Shown piece by piece: positions 21,873 to 30,677 of a stretch of DNA of 64,000 bases (position 1 is its first letter; each line of letters starts with the position of its first letter). The translations under genes were made by a program, and so were the position numbers. This DNA comes from Blastocatellia bacterium (lineage in GTDB: Bacteria > Acidobacteriota > Blastocatellia > Pyrinomonadales > Pyrinomonadaceae), in assembly GCA_963748345.1 (NCBI GenBank), contig CAVVIS010000006.1, positions 158,908 to 222,907 on the forward strand. Direction: 5' to 3'. A model generated the notes under the pieces. It made no database searches. It saw only the letters and a program-made list of their open reading frames with translations, and was not told the origin of the DNA.

Positions 21873-23984
21873 ATGTCCCCACTCGAAGTCCTACAACTCG
21901 TCGGTTACTCCATCGGCGCTTTCCTGCCGTTATGGATGGGAATTCAGCTCGTTTCCCGCCGCCGTAGTTTGAGTCCAATTGAGCGCGTGCTGTTTGCACT
22001 CGCGCTCAGCATGTGCGGTTGGCACAGCAGCAACCTCATCATCACGCTGCATGGCCTCTTCGGTTTTGGTTACAACCCCGCAGTCGTAACCTTCCTGCGA
22101 ATTGCCGACACCGTCGCCGTCATTTGCATCACTTTCTGCTACTCGTTCCTGCTCCATGTTCACATTCATCTTTGGGCCAACGCCGCGGACCGCGCGCTGA
22201 AACGCAGCGAACGAATTCGCATCTATCTTTCCTACGCGCCGACGCTTTTCCTGCCGCTCGCGATTTACAAGATTTGGACGCACCAATACGCGCCGATGCT
22301 GCAACGGACCAGGCTCTTCGTGATTCCGATGGCCGTGTGGATCACTTACGTGCTTGGCTTCATCGCAATCACCGAATTGCTGATTGCCGGAAAGACGGTG
22401 AACGTCAGCGAAAAGCGGATCATGCGCACGCTCGCCGCTTCGTTTATCGCGATTGGCGTTGTCATTCTCGCGGCGCTGGCGTTAGGCCTGGGCGAGGGAA
22501 CCACGCTCGGCTTGTATCTCAAGACGATTGCGAACCTGGGTTCACTGCTGCCGTCGGCGCTGCTCGCTTACTACATTTATCGTTACCGCTATCTCGAGCT
22601 GATCATCGAAGAGAGTTTGATCGTTGCTTCGTTTGCCGCGTTCGTCCTCACGATTTACATCTACGGCATTCGCACGATCGGCGACTGGGTAACCTCGCGG
22701 TACGGCGTGCGCGCCGGTGTCGTTGAGGCGCTGCTGATCCTCGGGCTCGCGCTTGCCGCGGCGCCGTTACGTCGATGGTTGGAGCAGCGGTTTCATCAGT
22801 TGTTTGAACGCGAGGCCGCGCTCTATCGCCAGATCGTTTCGCGTATCAGTTCCCACGCCGGTCAGTATCAGCAGTTGCCCGACTTGCTCGATTTCGTTGA
22901 GCAACAAACAACCCTCGCGCTGCACCTGCGAAAGGTTCGGGTGGTTATCGGTCCACGCGTTGCCGCCGATGATGAGTACAACAGTGATTACGACCGAGAT
23001 TACGACGGACGCCGCGGTGTTGAAAGCCTGGCGGTGGAAGGTTGGGTCGAACAAATTCTCGAGCTTCTGCGGCAAAACAGTTGGGCTCCCGTCGAAGACA
23101 ACGCCTTGCTTGAAAGTCACGGCTACACGATTGCCTACCCGCTCAGACGCGAAGAAAGAGTGTCGGGCGTGCTGCTGGTCGATGCGCCTTCGCGAAGTCT
23201 GACGGAAGACACGCGTTCGGTGCTGGAAGTGCTCGCCGGTCAAGTCGCGATCGCCATTGAAGACTGCCGTCTGGTTGAAGAGAACGTGCAACTTGAAAGG
23301 CGGCTCGCGGAACGTGAGCGGCTGGCTACGCTCGGGCAGATGGCTGCGACAGTTGCGCACGAGATTAAAAACCCGCTGTCGGCGATTAAGTCGATCGCGC
23401 AGGTGATGGGCGAGGACGAAAGCATCAACCACGAGTACGCGCGCGACTTGAGTCTGATCGTCGGCGAGACGGATCGACTGGGCCAGAGCGTGACGCAGTT
23501 GCTCAGTTTTGCGCGGACGAAAACGCCGTCTGAGTTGCCGTCGCGTGTCGAACCGCTGGTCCAATCGGTCGCGCGTTTGTTTCAAGTGAACGCCGAAAAG
23601 GAAGGCATCCGACTAAACGTTCGCGTAGAAAACGATCACGAACTGGATGGCGCGGCCGTCTCTGCTGTTCGCGTGGCGCTTTCGAATTTGCTCCTGAACG
23701 CGTTGCAGTCAACACCGTCGGGCGGTGAAGTGACAATCACAGAGCGGCTGGAGAACGGCGACGTCTTGATCGTCGTCGAGGATGGTGGTCCCGGAGTTCC
23801 TGCCGATTTGCGCAAACGCGTTTGGGAACCTTTCTTTACTACCAAGCAAAGAGGCACTGGCCTGGGTCTGGCGATCGTGCGCAAGCGCATGCAGGAAGCC
23901 GGCGGCACCGCGCGGTTGGTCTCGCCGGTCAACGGCGGCGGCGCGAGGTTTGAATTGCGCGTGCCGGTTGCCGCACCAGGCTAA
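21873..23984 (+). CDS. Sensor histidine kinase with polytopic N-terminal membrane domain
   Basis: About 9 hydrophobic helices fill the first 300 aa. The H-box is LGQMAATVAHEIKNPLSAIKS. The ATPase motifs are NLLLNALQS, VEDGGPGV and GTGLGLAIV. Confidence 0.85.
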   Translation: MSPLEVLQLVGYSIGAFLPLWMGIQLVSRRRSLSPIERVLFALALSMCGWHSSNLIITLHGLFGFGYNPAVVTFLRIADTVAVICITFCYSFLLHVHIHLWANAADRALKRSERIRIYLSYAPTLFLPLAIYKIWTHQYAPMLQRTRLFVIPMAVWITYVLGFIAITELLIAGKTVNVSEKRIMRTLAASFIAIGVVILAALALGLGEGTTLGLYLKTIANLGSLLPSALLAYYIYRYRYLELIIEESLIVASFAAFVLTIYIYGIRTIGDWVTSRYGVRAGVVEALLILGLALAAAPLRRWLEQRFHQLFEREAALYRQIVSRISSHAGQYQQLPDLLDFVEQQTTLALHLRKVRVVIGPRVAADDEYNSDYDRDYDGRRGVESLAVEGWVEQILELLRQNSWAPVEDNALLESHGYTIAYPLRREERVSGVLLVDAPSRSLTEDTRSVLEVLAGQVAIAIEDCRLVEENVQLERRLAERERLATLGQMAATVAHEIKNPLSAIKSIAQVMGEDESINHEYARDLSLIVGETDRLGQSVTQLLSFARTKTPSELPSRVEPLVQSVARLFQVNAEKEGIRLNVRVENDHELDGAAVSAVRVALSNLLLNALQSTPSGGEVTITERLENGDVLIVVEDGGPGVPADLRKRVWEPFFTTKQRGTGLGLAIVRKRMQEAGGTARLVSPVNGGGARFELRVPVAAPG

Positions 23985-23995
23985 GCCGCGGACTA

Positions 23996-24127
23996 ACGAG
24001 TCAGAACCACCTGCGTTAGCGGGTGGCGTGACGAACTTTAGCTGCCGATTAACGCGAGGTCAGAACCACCTAACCCTAGCGGGTGGACGCTGAACATTAG
24101 CCGCCCGCTAACGCAGGCGGTTCTGAC
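23996..24127. repeat. Family F cluster: three copies (two direct, one inverted) of a ~27-nt self-pairing unit
   Basis: GTCAGAACCACCTGCGTTAGCGGGTGG (24000), GTCAGAACCACCTAACCCTAGCGGGTGG (24059) and CCGCCCGCTAACGCAGGCGGTTCTGAC (24101). A fourth, related copy lies at 58946..58975. Confidence 0.8.
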
Positions 24128-24338
24128 ATATCCTCTTCATTGGAACTTCCATCCTCCGCCTGCGTGTTAGCATCCGATCGCTGGCCCAATCAATCAACGA
24201 TCTTGGATTTGAGATCTCAAATGTGAGATCGCTAACGCCCATCAGTCGCGCGAGGCAGAACGTGTCCGAGTGTGAACAGAAAGCCGCGCGCCCGCTCTCC
24301 TCTTTTCTGGGAAACCAACAACTTGTTAAGGAGAAATT

Positions 24339-24995
24339 ATGAATCTGCGTAAGAGTCTGGCAAGAATTTTGTTCACGGCCCTACTCCTTGGATTTGCCGC
24401 CGGCGGCCGGCAAGTCGCTGCACAAACTTCGTCCATACCTGCAACGGCGGCTGCTCAAAGCGAGAACGACGAAACCAATCTCGACACTCAACTCTACCTG
24501 CTCGTCGCCACCAATCAGGAGGTCGATGACACGAAACTGCCCGCCTCGCTCGATTCGGTAGTCAGGCAGTTGCGCGCCTCGTTGCCTTTCAAAAATTATC
24601 GACTGGCGGCGACGCTAATCAATCGCGTGAAGAACGACGGCCGGCTCAACTTGAAATGGATCGGCGGTCCGCTCGTGCCGTCGGGCGCTGTCTCGGCAAC
24701 CACGCCAAGCTTCAACGAGTTCAAAGTGAACAACGTGAAACTGGTGGCGCAACCGGCAGGCCGTCAGCTCGTGCGCATGGAGGGCTTCGGATTTGGCGTG
24801 CGGATTCCGATCATCACCCAATCAGCCGTTGCCTCAAACGCGCCGACAATGCCGATCATCAACTACGAAAGCACCGGTCTCAACACTGACATCAGCATGC
24901 TTGAAGGCGAGTCGGTGGTTGTCGGAACCCTAAACATCGGACCGTCCGGCGACGCCATCATCCTCGTGATGTCAGCGAAGAGAACGAATAAATGA
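24339..24995 (+). CDS. Hypothetical secreted protein encoded between the kinase and the sigma54 activator
   Basis: AAGGAG lies upstream of the start. The signal peptide is MNLRKSLARILFTALLLGFAAGGRQVAAQ. No family recognised; the C-terminal EGESVVVGTL segment is vaguely secretin-like. Confidence 0.6.
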   Translation: MNLRKSLARILFTALLLGFAAGGRQVAAQTSSIPATAAAQSENDETNLDTQLYLLVATNQEVDDTKLPASLDSVVRQLRASLPFKNYRLAATLINRVKNDGRLNLKWIGGPLVPSGAVSATTPSFNEFKVNNVKLVAQPAGRQLVRMEGFGFGVRIPIITQSAVASNAPTMPIINYESTGLNTDISMLEGESVVVGTLNIGPSGDAIILVMSAKRTNK

Positions 24996-25070
24996 CAGTG
25001 GGCGGTGTGCAGTGGGGCAGTGTGCGGCAGGAAGACAGTGGTCTGTGGTCAGTGATGGTCGGCCACGTTA

Positions 25071-25192
25071 GCTGGGAGCGCGGACATCCTGTCCGCAATG
25101 AGCGCGCAGCGCGAACCGATAGCCCACTTGAATTGATCTTGAGACCATTGCGCGCCTGACCGCGCGTTTGCGGACAGGATGTCCGCGCTCCC
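25071..25192. repeat. Family B element, copy B2, nested inside an outer CAGTGG/CCACTG-word palindrome spanning about 24996..25262
   Basis: GCTGGGAGCGCGGACATCCTGTCCGCA ... TGCGGACAGGATGTCCGCGCTCCCC. The outer shell reads GACAGTGGGCGGTGTGCAGTGGGGCAG... / ...CTGCCCACCGCCCACCGCCCACTGCACAC. Confidence 0.8.
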
Positions 25193-25267
25193 CGCAAATG
25201 ATCACTGGCCGCTTGTTCTTCCCTTGCTGCCCACCGCCCACCGCCCACTGCACACTCTCCTCCAGCG

Positions 25268-25283
25268 TGGCACGCCACACGCT
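25268..25283 (+). promoter_or_regulatory. Candidate sigma54 (-24/-12) promoter upstream of the sigma54-activator gene
   Basis: The sequence TGGCACGccacacGCt has canonical GG/GC spacing and lies about 40 nt upstream of the GTG start at 25323. The -12 region (ACGC) is weaker than the TTGC consensus. Confidence 0.3.
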
Positions 25284-25322
25284 AGGGGAATTCACCCGTA
25301 AGGTTCTAAACTGACCGGAAGG

Positions 25323-26852
25323 GTGAGAAAAGACAAGTTGCGATTATTGATTGTGGATGACGAAGAGGCGTCGCGCTACGGCATGCGGCGCGCTCTGACG
25401 ACTTTTGGCTACAGCGTGTCCGAAGCCGACTCAGCCGAGGCAGCGCGCATTTTGATCAAGCAGCAGGAACCCGACCTGATGCTGCTTGACGTCAACCTGC
25501 CAGGCATTAGCGGCCTCGATCTCCTCAAAGAACTGCAGGACGCGAAGACTTCAAACACCAAGACCGCGAAAGCCTCAGACACTGAGAGGTCGCCCGACGA
25601 GAACGGTGCGGCAGACGCCGACGGCAGCGGGCCGCTTGTGATCATCATCACGGCGCACGGCTCGGAACGCATGGCGGTCGAAGCAGTGAAGTCAGGCGCG
25701 TACGACTATCTTTCGAAACCCTTCGAACTCGAAGATCTGCGGCTGGTTGTTAAGAACGCCGCCGAGACGGTGGCACTCCGCCGCGAGAACGTTTCGCTGC
25801 GTCGCCGGATCGAAGCAGAGACGTCCGGACGCGGCGCGTTGATTGGCGAATCCGCGAGCATGCAACGCGTGCGCGCGATGATTGAGAAAGTGGCTGAGAC
25901 GGATGCGACGGTGCTCGTCCGCGGTGAATCCGGCACCGGCAAAGAACTCGTGGCGCGCGAAGTTCACGAGCGCAACAGCGTTCGCAGCAAGGGTCCGTTT
26001 GTCGCAGTTAACTGTGCCGCGCTTCCTTCTGAACTCATCGAATCTGAGCTTTTTGGCCACGAAAAAGGCGCTTTTACGGGGGCTGCAGCGCGGCGGCAGG
26101 GAAAATTCGAGCAGGCAAACGGCGGCACGCTTTTCCTCGATGAAATTGGCGACATGAGCTCCAACGTGCAGGCGAAGTTGCTGCGCGCCCTTGAGGAGCG
26201 ACGCATCGAGAGGCTGGGCGGCAACGAATCGATTCCGGTTGACGTGCGAATTGTCAGCGCCACGCATCGTCCGCTCGAACAGGAAATCGCGGCCGGAAAT
26301 TTTCGCGCCGACCTGTTTTATCGTCTGCGGGTGGTCACGATCGACATTCCGCCGCTGCGCGAACGACGCGAAGACATTCCCGGACTCGCTGAAACTTTCA
26401 CGCACGCGGCTGCCGAACGTTACAGTCTGCCGTTGCGGCAGGTGGGCCAAAGCGCGCTGCGCAAACTGGTGGAGTACGACTGGCCGGGGAATGTGCGCGA
26501 ACTGAAGAACACGATCGATCGCGCGGCGATCATGGCTGAAGGCGAGGAACTCCGTTCGCAGGACCTGCCCGATGAAATTCAACCGGGAATGCAAGCGGGA
26601 AAACCCGCCGCCGCGTCCGATGCTGAAGACGGCCTCGCGGTTCCGTTCACGGCTGACTTCCGCGAAGATCGTCGCGAGTTTGAACGCCGCTACATCTCAC
26701 GCTGCCTCGAACACACGCAGGGAAACGTGACGAAGGCCGCCGAGATTTTGGGCATGCATCGGCAGTCGCTCCAACACAAACTGCGCCAACTCGGCCTCGG
26801 CCGCCGCTACGTCACTGTCGGCTCTGACCTGCCAGATAATTCCGACGATTGA
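25323..26852 (+). CDS. Sigma54-dependent transcriptional activator (NtrC family response regulator) with an insertion in the receiver domain
   Basis: Receiver: LLIVDDEE, DLMLLDVNLPG. AAA+ domain: GESGTGKE, ELFGHEKGAFTGA (GAFTGA motif), FRADLFYRL. Fis-type HTH: GNVTKAAEILGMHRQSLQHKLRQLG. Confidence 0.9.
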   Translation: MRKDKLRLLIVDDEEASRYGMRRALTTFGYSVSEADSAEAARILIKQQEPDLMLLDVNLPGISGLDLLKELQDAKTSNTKTAKASDTERSPDENGAADADGSGPLVIIITAHGSERMAVEAVKSGAYDYLSKPFELEDLRLVVKNAAETVALRRENVSLRRRIEAETSGRGALIGESASMQRVRAMIEKVAETDATVLVRGESGTGKELVAREVHERNSVRSKGPFVAVNCAALPSELIESELFGHEKGAFTGAAARRQGKFEQANGGTLFLDEIGDMSSNVQAKLLRALEERRIERLGGNESIPVDVRIVSATHRPLEQEIAAGNFRADLFYRLRVVTIDIPPLRERREDIPGLAETFTHAAAERYSLPLRQVGQSALRKLVEYDWPGNVRELKNTIDRAAIMAEGEELRSQDLPDEIQPGMQAGKPAAASDAEDGLAVPFTADFREDRREFERRYISRCLEHTQGNVTKAAEILGMHRQSLQHKLRQLGLGRRYVTVGSDLPDNSDD

Positions 26853-26868
26853 AAGATACTCAGCGAAG

Positions 26869-27450
26869 ATGAAACAAAAAAACCAGAGAGACGCAAAGCC
26901 CAAGCTAACAACAAGTGACATCGACTTTTTCACCGCTGGCGATATTCTCCAAGATGATTTGCGCATTAGGGAGATTCTTAACTCGGGTATTTTCAGACCA
27001 TCTAACGCGATGCATCCCCTCACCAAAAGCGCGTTCACTGAGCTTATGGTTTGTCTCCGCGATTTGTTACATAAAACAGATACGTACGGAACGCGCATAT
27101 CTTTTACCGACGACATAGTCGTAACACCTCAGACAAAAGACATAACCGCGCTGGTAAATTTCATTAGGGACGCCCTGTGTCATCTTCATATCTACCATCA
27201 CTGGGTAGTCCCAGATCGGATCAAGGCTTCATTTATAGTCCTGTACGGTAAGCGCACTCATGCGCCATTTCTACCAGACCACGATATTGTGCTGGTGTCC
27301 GAATACGCCGATGACACGTGCTTTTTTTTTGGCCTCCAAAAGATATACCTTCGGCGGCATATTTTACGTGCGTTTGCAGAAGCAAAAATGCAGCTATTTC
27401 CGCTGCCTGAGTTTCCTAACGACATACTCAACTACGGCCCGCCTAAGTAG
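26869..27450 (+). CDS. Hypothetical protein in an AT-richer islet
   Basis: Intact 193-aa ORF starting 17 nt after the activator stop. Composition and codon choice are visibly different from the neighbours (many AAA, TTA, ATA codons). No family recognised. Confidence 0.5.
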   Translation: MKQKNQRDAKPKLTTSDIDFFTAGDILQDDLRIREILNSGIFRPSNAMHPLTKSAFTELMVCLRDLLHKTDTYGTRISFTDDIVVTPQTKDITALVNFIRDALCHLHIYHHWVVPDRIKASFIVLYGKRTHAPFLPDHDIVLVSEYADDTCFFFGLQKIYLRRHILRAFAEAKMQLFPLPEFPNDILNYGPPK

Positions 27451-27568
27451 TTGCGCTTCATTCCTCCCTGTATTGGACGGAATGATGGTAAAAACTCCAT
27501 TCTTAGTTCTGTTTTCACTCTGCTAAACTTTCTCCTGTCCGATCATACTTATTTAATAAGGTGGCTTC

Positions 27569-28270
27569 ATGAAAGCACGCATCGACGCAATCATTCAACG
27601 CGACCAGGCCGAATATCTCGAACAACTCAGCCCGCAGACCGATCAACTCCTGCGGGAGATGGAGGAGTATGGCGCCAAGCACGGAGTGCCGAGCGCAGAT
27701 CGCGAGGTCGCCTTGTTTGTTGAAATCACTGCTCGCTCGATCAGAGCAAAGCGCTGTCTCGAAATTGGCATGGCGATCGGCTACACGACGATTCACCTCG
27801 CGCGCGCGGTTTGCGACGGCGGCCTGGTTGTAACTATTGACCCGAGCGACGAGATGATCACAGCAGCGGAGGGCTATCTCACGCGCGCGGGTTTGCGTGA
27901 GCAAGTGCGCATTGAACGCGGCAAGGCGCTCGACGTGATACCGCAGTTGAAGGACACGTTTGATCTGATCTTCATTGACGCGCTGAAGGAAGAATATGCC
28001 GACTACCTGAGACTGTCTTTGCCGAGATTGCGCACCGGCGGCGTGGTGATTGTTGACAATCTTCTTTGGGGCGGACAGGTGGCGGGCGAGATTCGGTCGC
28101 CGGATCAGGAGATCTCGACGACTGCGCTTAGGGAGTTTAATAAGTATTTCGTAAATCACCCGAAGCTGCTGGCGGAAGTTCTGCCGGTGGGAGACGGACT
28201 CGGCTACGCGGTGAAGATTGGCGAGGGCGGTCAGCACCGGGGACATAGCGGACCACAGGCAAAAACTTAG
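27569..28270 (+). CDS. Class I SAM-dependent O-methyltransferase (caffeoyl-CoA OMT-like family)
   Basis: Reads CLEIGMAIGYTTIHLA...DLIFIDALKEEYADYL...LRTGGVVIVDNLLWGG, typical of the Methyltransf_3 family. Confidence 0.8.
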   Translation: MKARIDAIIQRDQAEYLEQLSPQTDQLLREMEEYGAKHGVPSADREVALFVEITARSIRAKRCLEIGMAIGYTTIHLARAVCDGGLVVTIDPSDEMITAAEGYLTRAGLREQVRIERGKALDVIPQLKDTFDLIFIDALKEEYADYLRLSLPRLRTGGVVIVDNLLWGGQVAGEIRSPDQEISTTALREFNKYFVNHPKLLAEVLPVGDGLGYAVKIGEGGQHRGHSGPQAKT

Positions 28271-28329
28271 CTCAACCTTCTCCGGCCTGCCGCCAGATGT
28301 GCGGAAGGTCTTCGACCTTCCTACAACCA

Positions 28330-28941
28330 ATGATCATTCCCGACAACAATCAATCCCGAATTCAGGCCGCAGAAATGATCGCCGGGGGCGGCGTGATCGC
28401 GTTTCGCACGGACACGTTTTATGGTTTGGGCGCGGACCCGCTTAACCCGGACGCGGTTGCCAAAATCAGAAAGTTGAAGGGCAGGGAAGATTCAAAGCCG
28501 ATTCTGATCCTGGTTTCCGACGACAGCGAACTGGATCGCTTCATCGAACCGTCCCCACTTTTCAAGAAGGTCGCTGCCAGCCATTGGCCAGGGCCGTTGA
28601 CTTTGATTGGCGTATCGCGACAAGACGTCCCGGCTGAACTGACTGCGGGCACGAACAGTCTGGGGTTGCGCCTGCCCGACGATGAAGACGTGCGCGCGCT
28701 GGTTCGCGCGTGTGCCGGCGCGTTGACCGCAACCAGCGCGAATCTCTCGGGAAGCCCGCCGGCGCGGACGGCCGCCGAGGTGGCAAGTTATTTTCCGGAC
28801 GGAATTGATTTGATAATTGACGGCGGCGAGGTTACCGCAACGGCGCCATCGACAGTTTTGGATGTAAGTGGAGTTGAAGCACGCTTGATTCGCGAAGGCG
28901 CGATCTCGCTGGAAGAACTCAAGGAATTTGGAGTGCGCTGA
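28330..28941 (+). CDS. tsaC: L-threonylcarbamoyladenylate synthase (YrdC/TsaC type)
   Basis: Reads GGVIAFRTDTFYGLGADPLN, KGREDSKPILILV, HWPGPLTLI, LGLRLPDD and TATSANLSGSPP. The start is set at MIIPDN. Confidence 0.85.
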   Translation: MIIPDNNQSRIQAAEMIAGGGVIAFRTDTFYGLGADPLNPDAVAKIRKLKGREDSKPILILVSDDSELDRFIEPSPLFKKVAASHWPGPLTLIGVSRQDVPAELTAGTNSLGLRLPDDEDVRALVRACAGALTATSANLSGSPPARTAAEVASYFPDGIDLIIDGGEVTATAPSTVLDVSGVEARLIREGAISLEELKEFGVR

Positions 28942-29089
28942 CTGGTCAGCGCTTTGGTCGGCTGCGGCCTGTCGCAGCCCGCTTGGGAAAACAGTCAAGC
29001 CACCGCTCGGAATAACGCGGCGTCAAGCCGCCGCGAAACAAAGCGGCGACAGGTCGCCGCACTCCAAATTTAAGCCGCACTCCAAATTT
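28930..29089. repeat. Family H element, copy H1 (with short terminal duplication)
   Basis: GGAGTGCGCTGAC...GCGGCGTCAAGCCGCCGCGAAACAAAGCGGCGACAGGTCGCCGCACTCC, then CCGCACTCCAAATTTA repeated. The tsaC stop codon lies inside the left end. Confidence 0.8.
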
Positions 29090-30677
29090 ACTTCGACACC
29101 GTTACGTTCTTCACGAAGCCCCAGTCGCCGCTGGCATCGACTTTGATGTTGCCCACCGTCTTCTGCGCAATCACGATGTTCGCCTGGTACCAAAGCGGCA
29201 GCACCGGCACGTCGCGCGTAACGATGTCCTGAATCTTCGCGTACAGTTCCTTCGCCTTCTCGCGGTCGAAAGTGTTGATCGCTTCGTCGATCAGTCTGTC
29301 GAGTTCCGGATTACTGTAGCGACTACGATTGCGTGAGGCGCGCGTCTCGGTCGGTATTTCCGAAGTCGCGAACAGGTCCTTGAAGAAAATCGGATCCTGA
29401 TTGCCGCCAACCCACTGGCCGTAAAAAATCTGGAAGTTGCCGCGGCGCAGCTCGTCAAACAAAGTATTCAGTTCCGCAGTTTCAATGGAGACAGGAATGC
29501 CGACGTTCTTCAGATAGTTTTGAATCACACCTGCGTAATTCTTGGCGGCACTGCTGCTGCCGGAGACTTTAAAAACCACCGGCTTAGAAAACCGCAGCTG
29601 TGGTCCATCGCCGTCTGGATCCTTCGAACCAGCTTCGTCCAACAACTTCTTCGCCAACCCCGGATCGAATGAATACGTTTGTCCGGCGTGGTAGGCCCAC
29701 GACTCTTCCGGCAAAATCGAGTGCGCGATTTTTCCCTGGTCCAGCAGGAGATCGCGAATCATGCCCTCGCGATCGACCGCGTGAGCGATCGCTTGTCTCA
29801 CCTTCGTGTCGTTGAGCGGCGGCTGGCTGCAATTGAATGTCAGCAGGTTCAGATTCGAACCGGTGAACTGCAACACCTGTAGTCTCGGATGATTGCCGAG
29901 CTGTTTGATCGCGTCAGGCGACAGGCTGGTGGGCAACGGCGCGATATCAACGCGGCCCGACTGAAGTTCAGCTTGCAGCGCGTTCGTGTCGGCAATCACG
30001 CGGACGCGCACCGCGGGCACGTGCGGCGCGCCTTCCCAGTAATCAGGATTCGCCTGCAGGTCCACGACCTGCTGCGAGCTGTCGTAACTCACAAACTTGA
30101 AGGGCCCGCTGCCGAGCGGATGATCCTTCTGCGTGGCGTAACTGTCTTTCGGAATGATCGCGACGGGCACCAGATTGCTCAGCAAGCCGGTCCACGGCTT
30201 GACCGTCGTGACGATGAGCGTGCGCGCGTCAGGAGCTTCAACGCTCTTGATGTAACTCTGGCGATCGGCGCCGGTGCCTTCATAAAAACTTGCGGACTTC
30301 GCAAACGTGCTGGAGAAAACAAGGTCGAGCGTGTACTTGGCGTCGGCCGACGTAAACGGTCGACCGTCGTGAAACTTCACGCCATCGCGCAAGATGAAGG
30401 TGAAGCTCAGATTGTCTTCGGAACGTTTGACCTCGGAAGCGAGTTCGCCAACGTAGTCAAAATTCGCGTCTTTCCGGACGAGGGAATTGAACATCAAGGT
30501 GCGGACGCGCTCGCTGGCGGCGTCAACCGACGGCGATCCGATTGGATCAATGGTGCGGATATTGTCACCCAGAGCGATTACAAAAGGACCACCGCTGCGG
30601 TCGCGCCGGCAGGAAATCGGGAACAGCCCCGCCACCAAAACCGCCAGGAACAGGCAAGCAATTTTGCCAGCGCTCAT
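29088..30677 (-). CDS. ABC transporter substrate-binding lipoprotein, peptide/nickel (family 5) type
   Basis: Lipobox LFPISC. Full-length SBP_bac_5-like sequence (DPIGSPSVDAASERV...FHDGRPFTSADAKYTL...). Confidence 0.85.
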   Translation of the reverse strand: MSAGKIACLFLAVLVAGLFPISCRRDRSGGPFVIALGDNIRTIDPIGSPSVDAASERVRTLMFNSLVRKDANFDYVGELASEVKRSEDNLSFTFILRDGVKFHDGRPFTSADAKYTLDLVFSSTFAKSASFYEGTGADRQSYIKSVEAPDARTLIVTTVKPWTGLLSNLVPVAIIPKDSYATQKDHPLGSGPFKFVSYDSSQQVVDLQANPDYWEGAPHVPAVRVRVIADTNALQAELQSGRVDIAPLPTSLSPDAIKQLGNHPRLQVLQFTGSNLNLLTFNCSQPPLNDTKVRQAIAHAVDREGMIRDLLLDQGKIAHSILPEESWAYHAGQTYSFDPGLAKKLLDEAGSKDPDGDGPQLRFSKPVVFKVSGSSSAAKNYAGVIQNYLKNVGIPVSIETAELNTLFDELRRGNFQIFYGQWVGGNQDPIFFKDLFATSEIPTETRASRNRSRYSNPELDRLIDEAINTFDREKAKELYAKIQDIVTRDVPVLPLWYQANIVIAQKTVGNIKVDASGDWGFVKNVTVSK

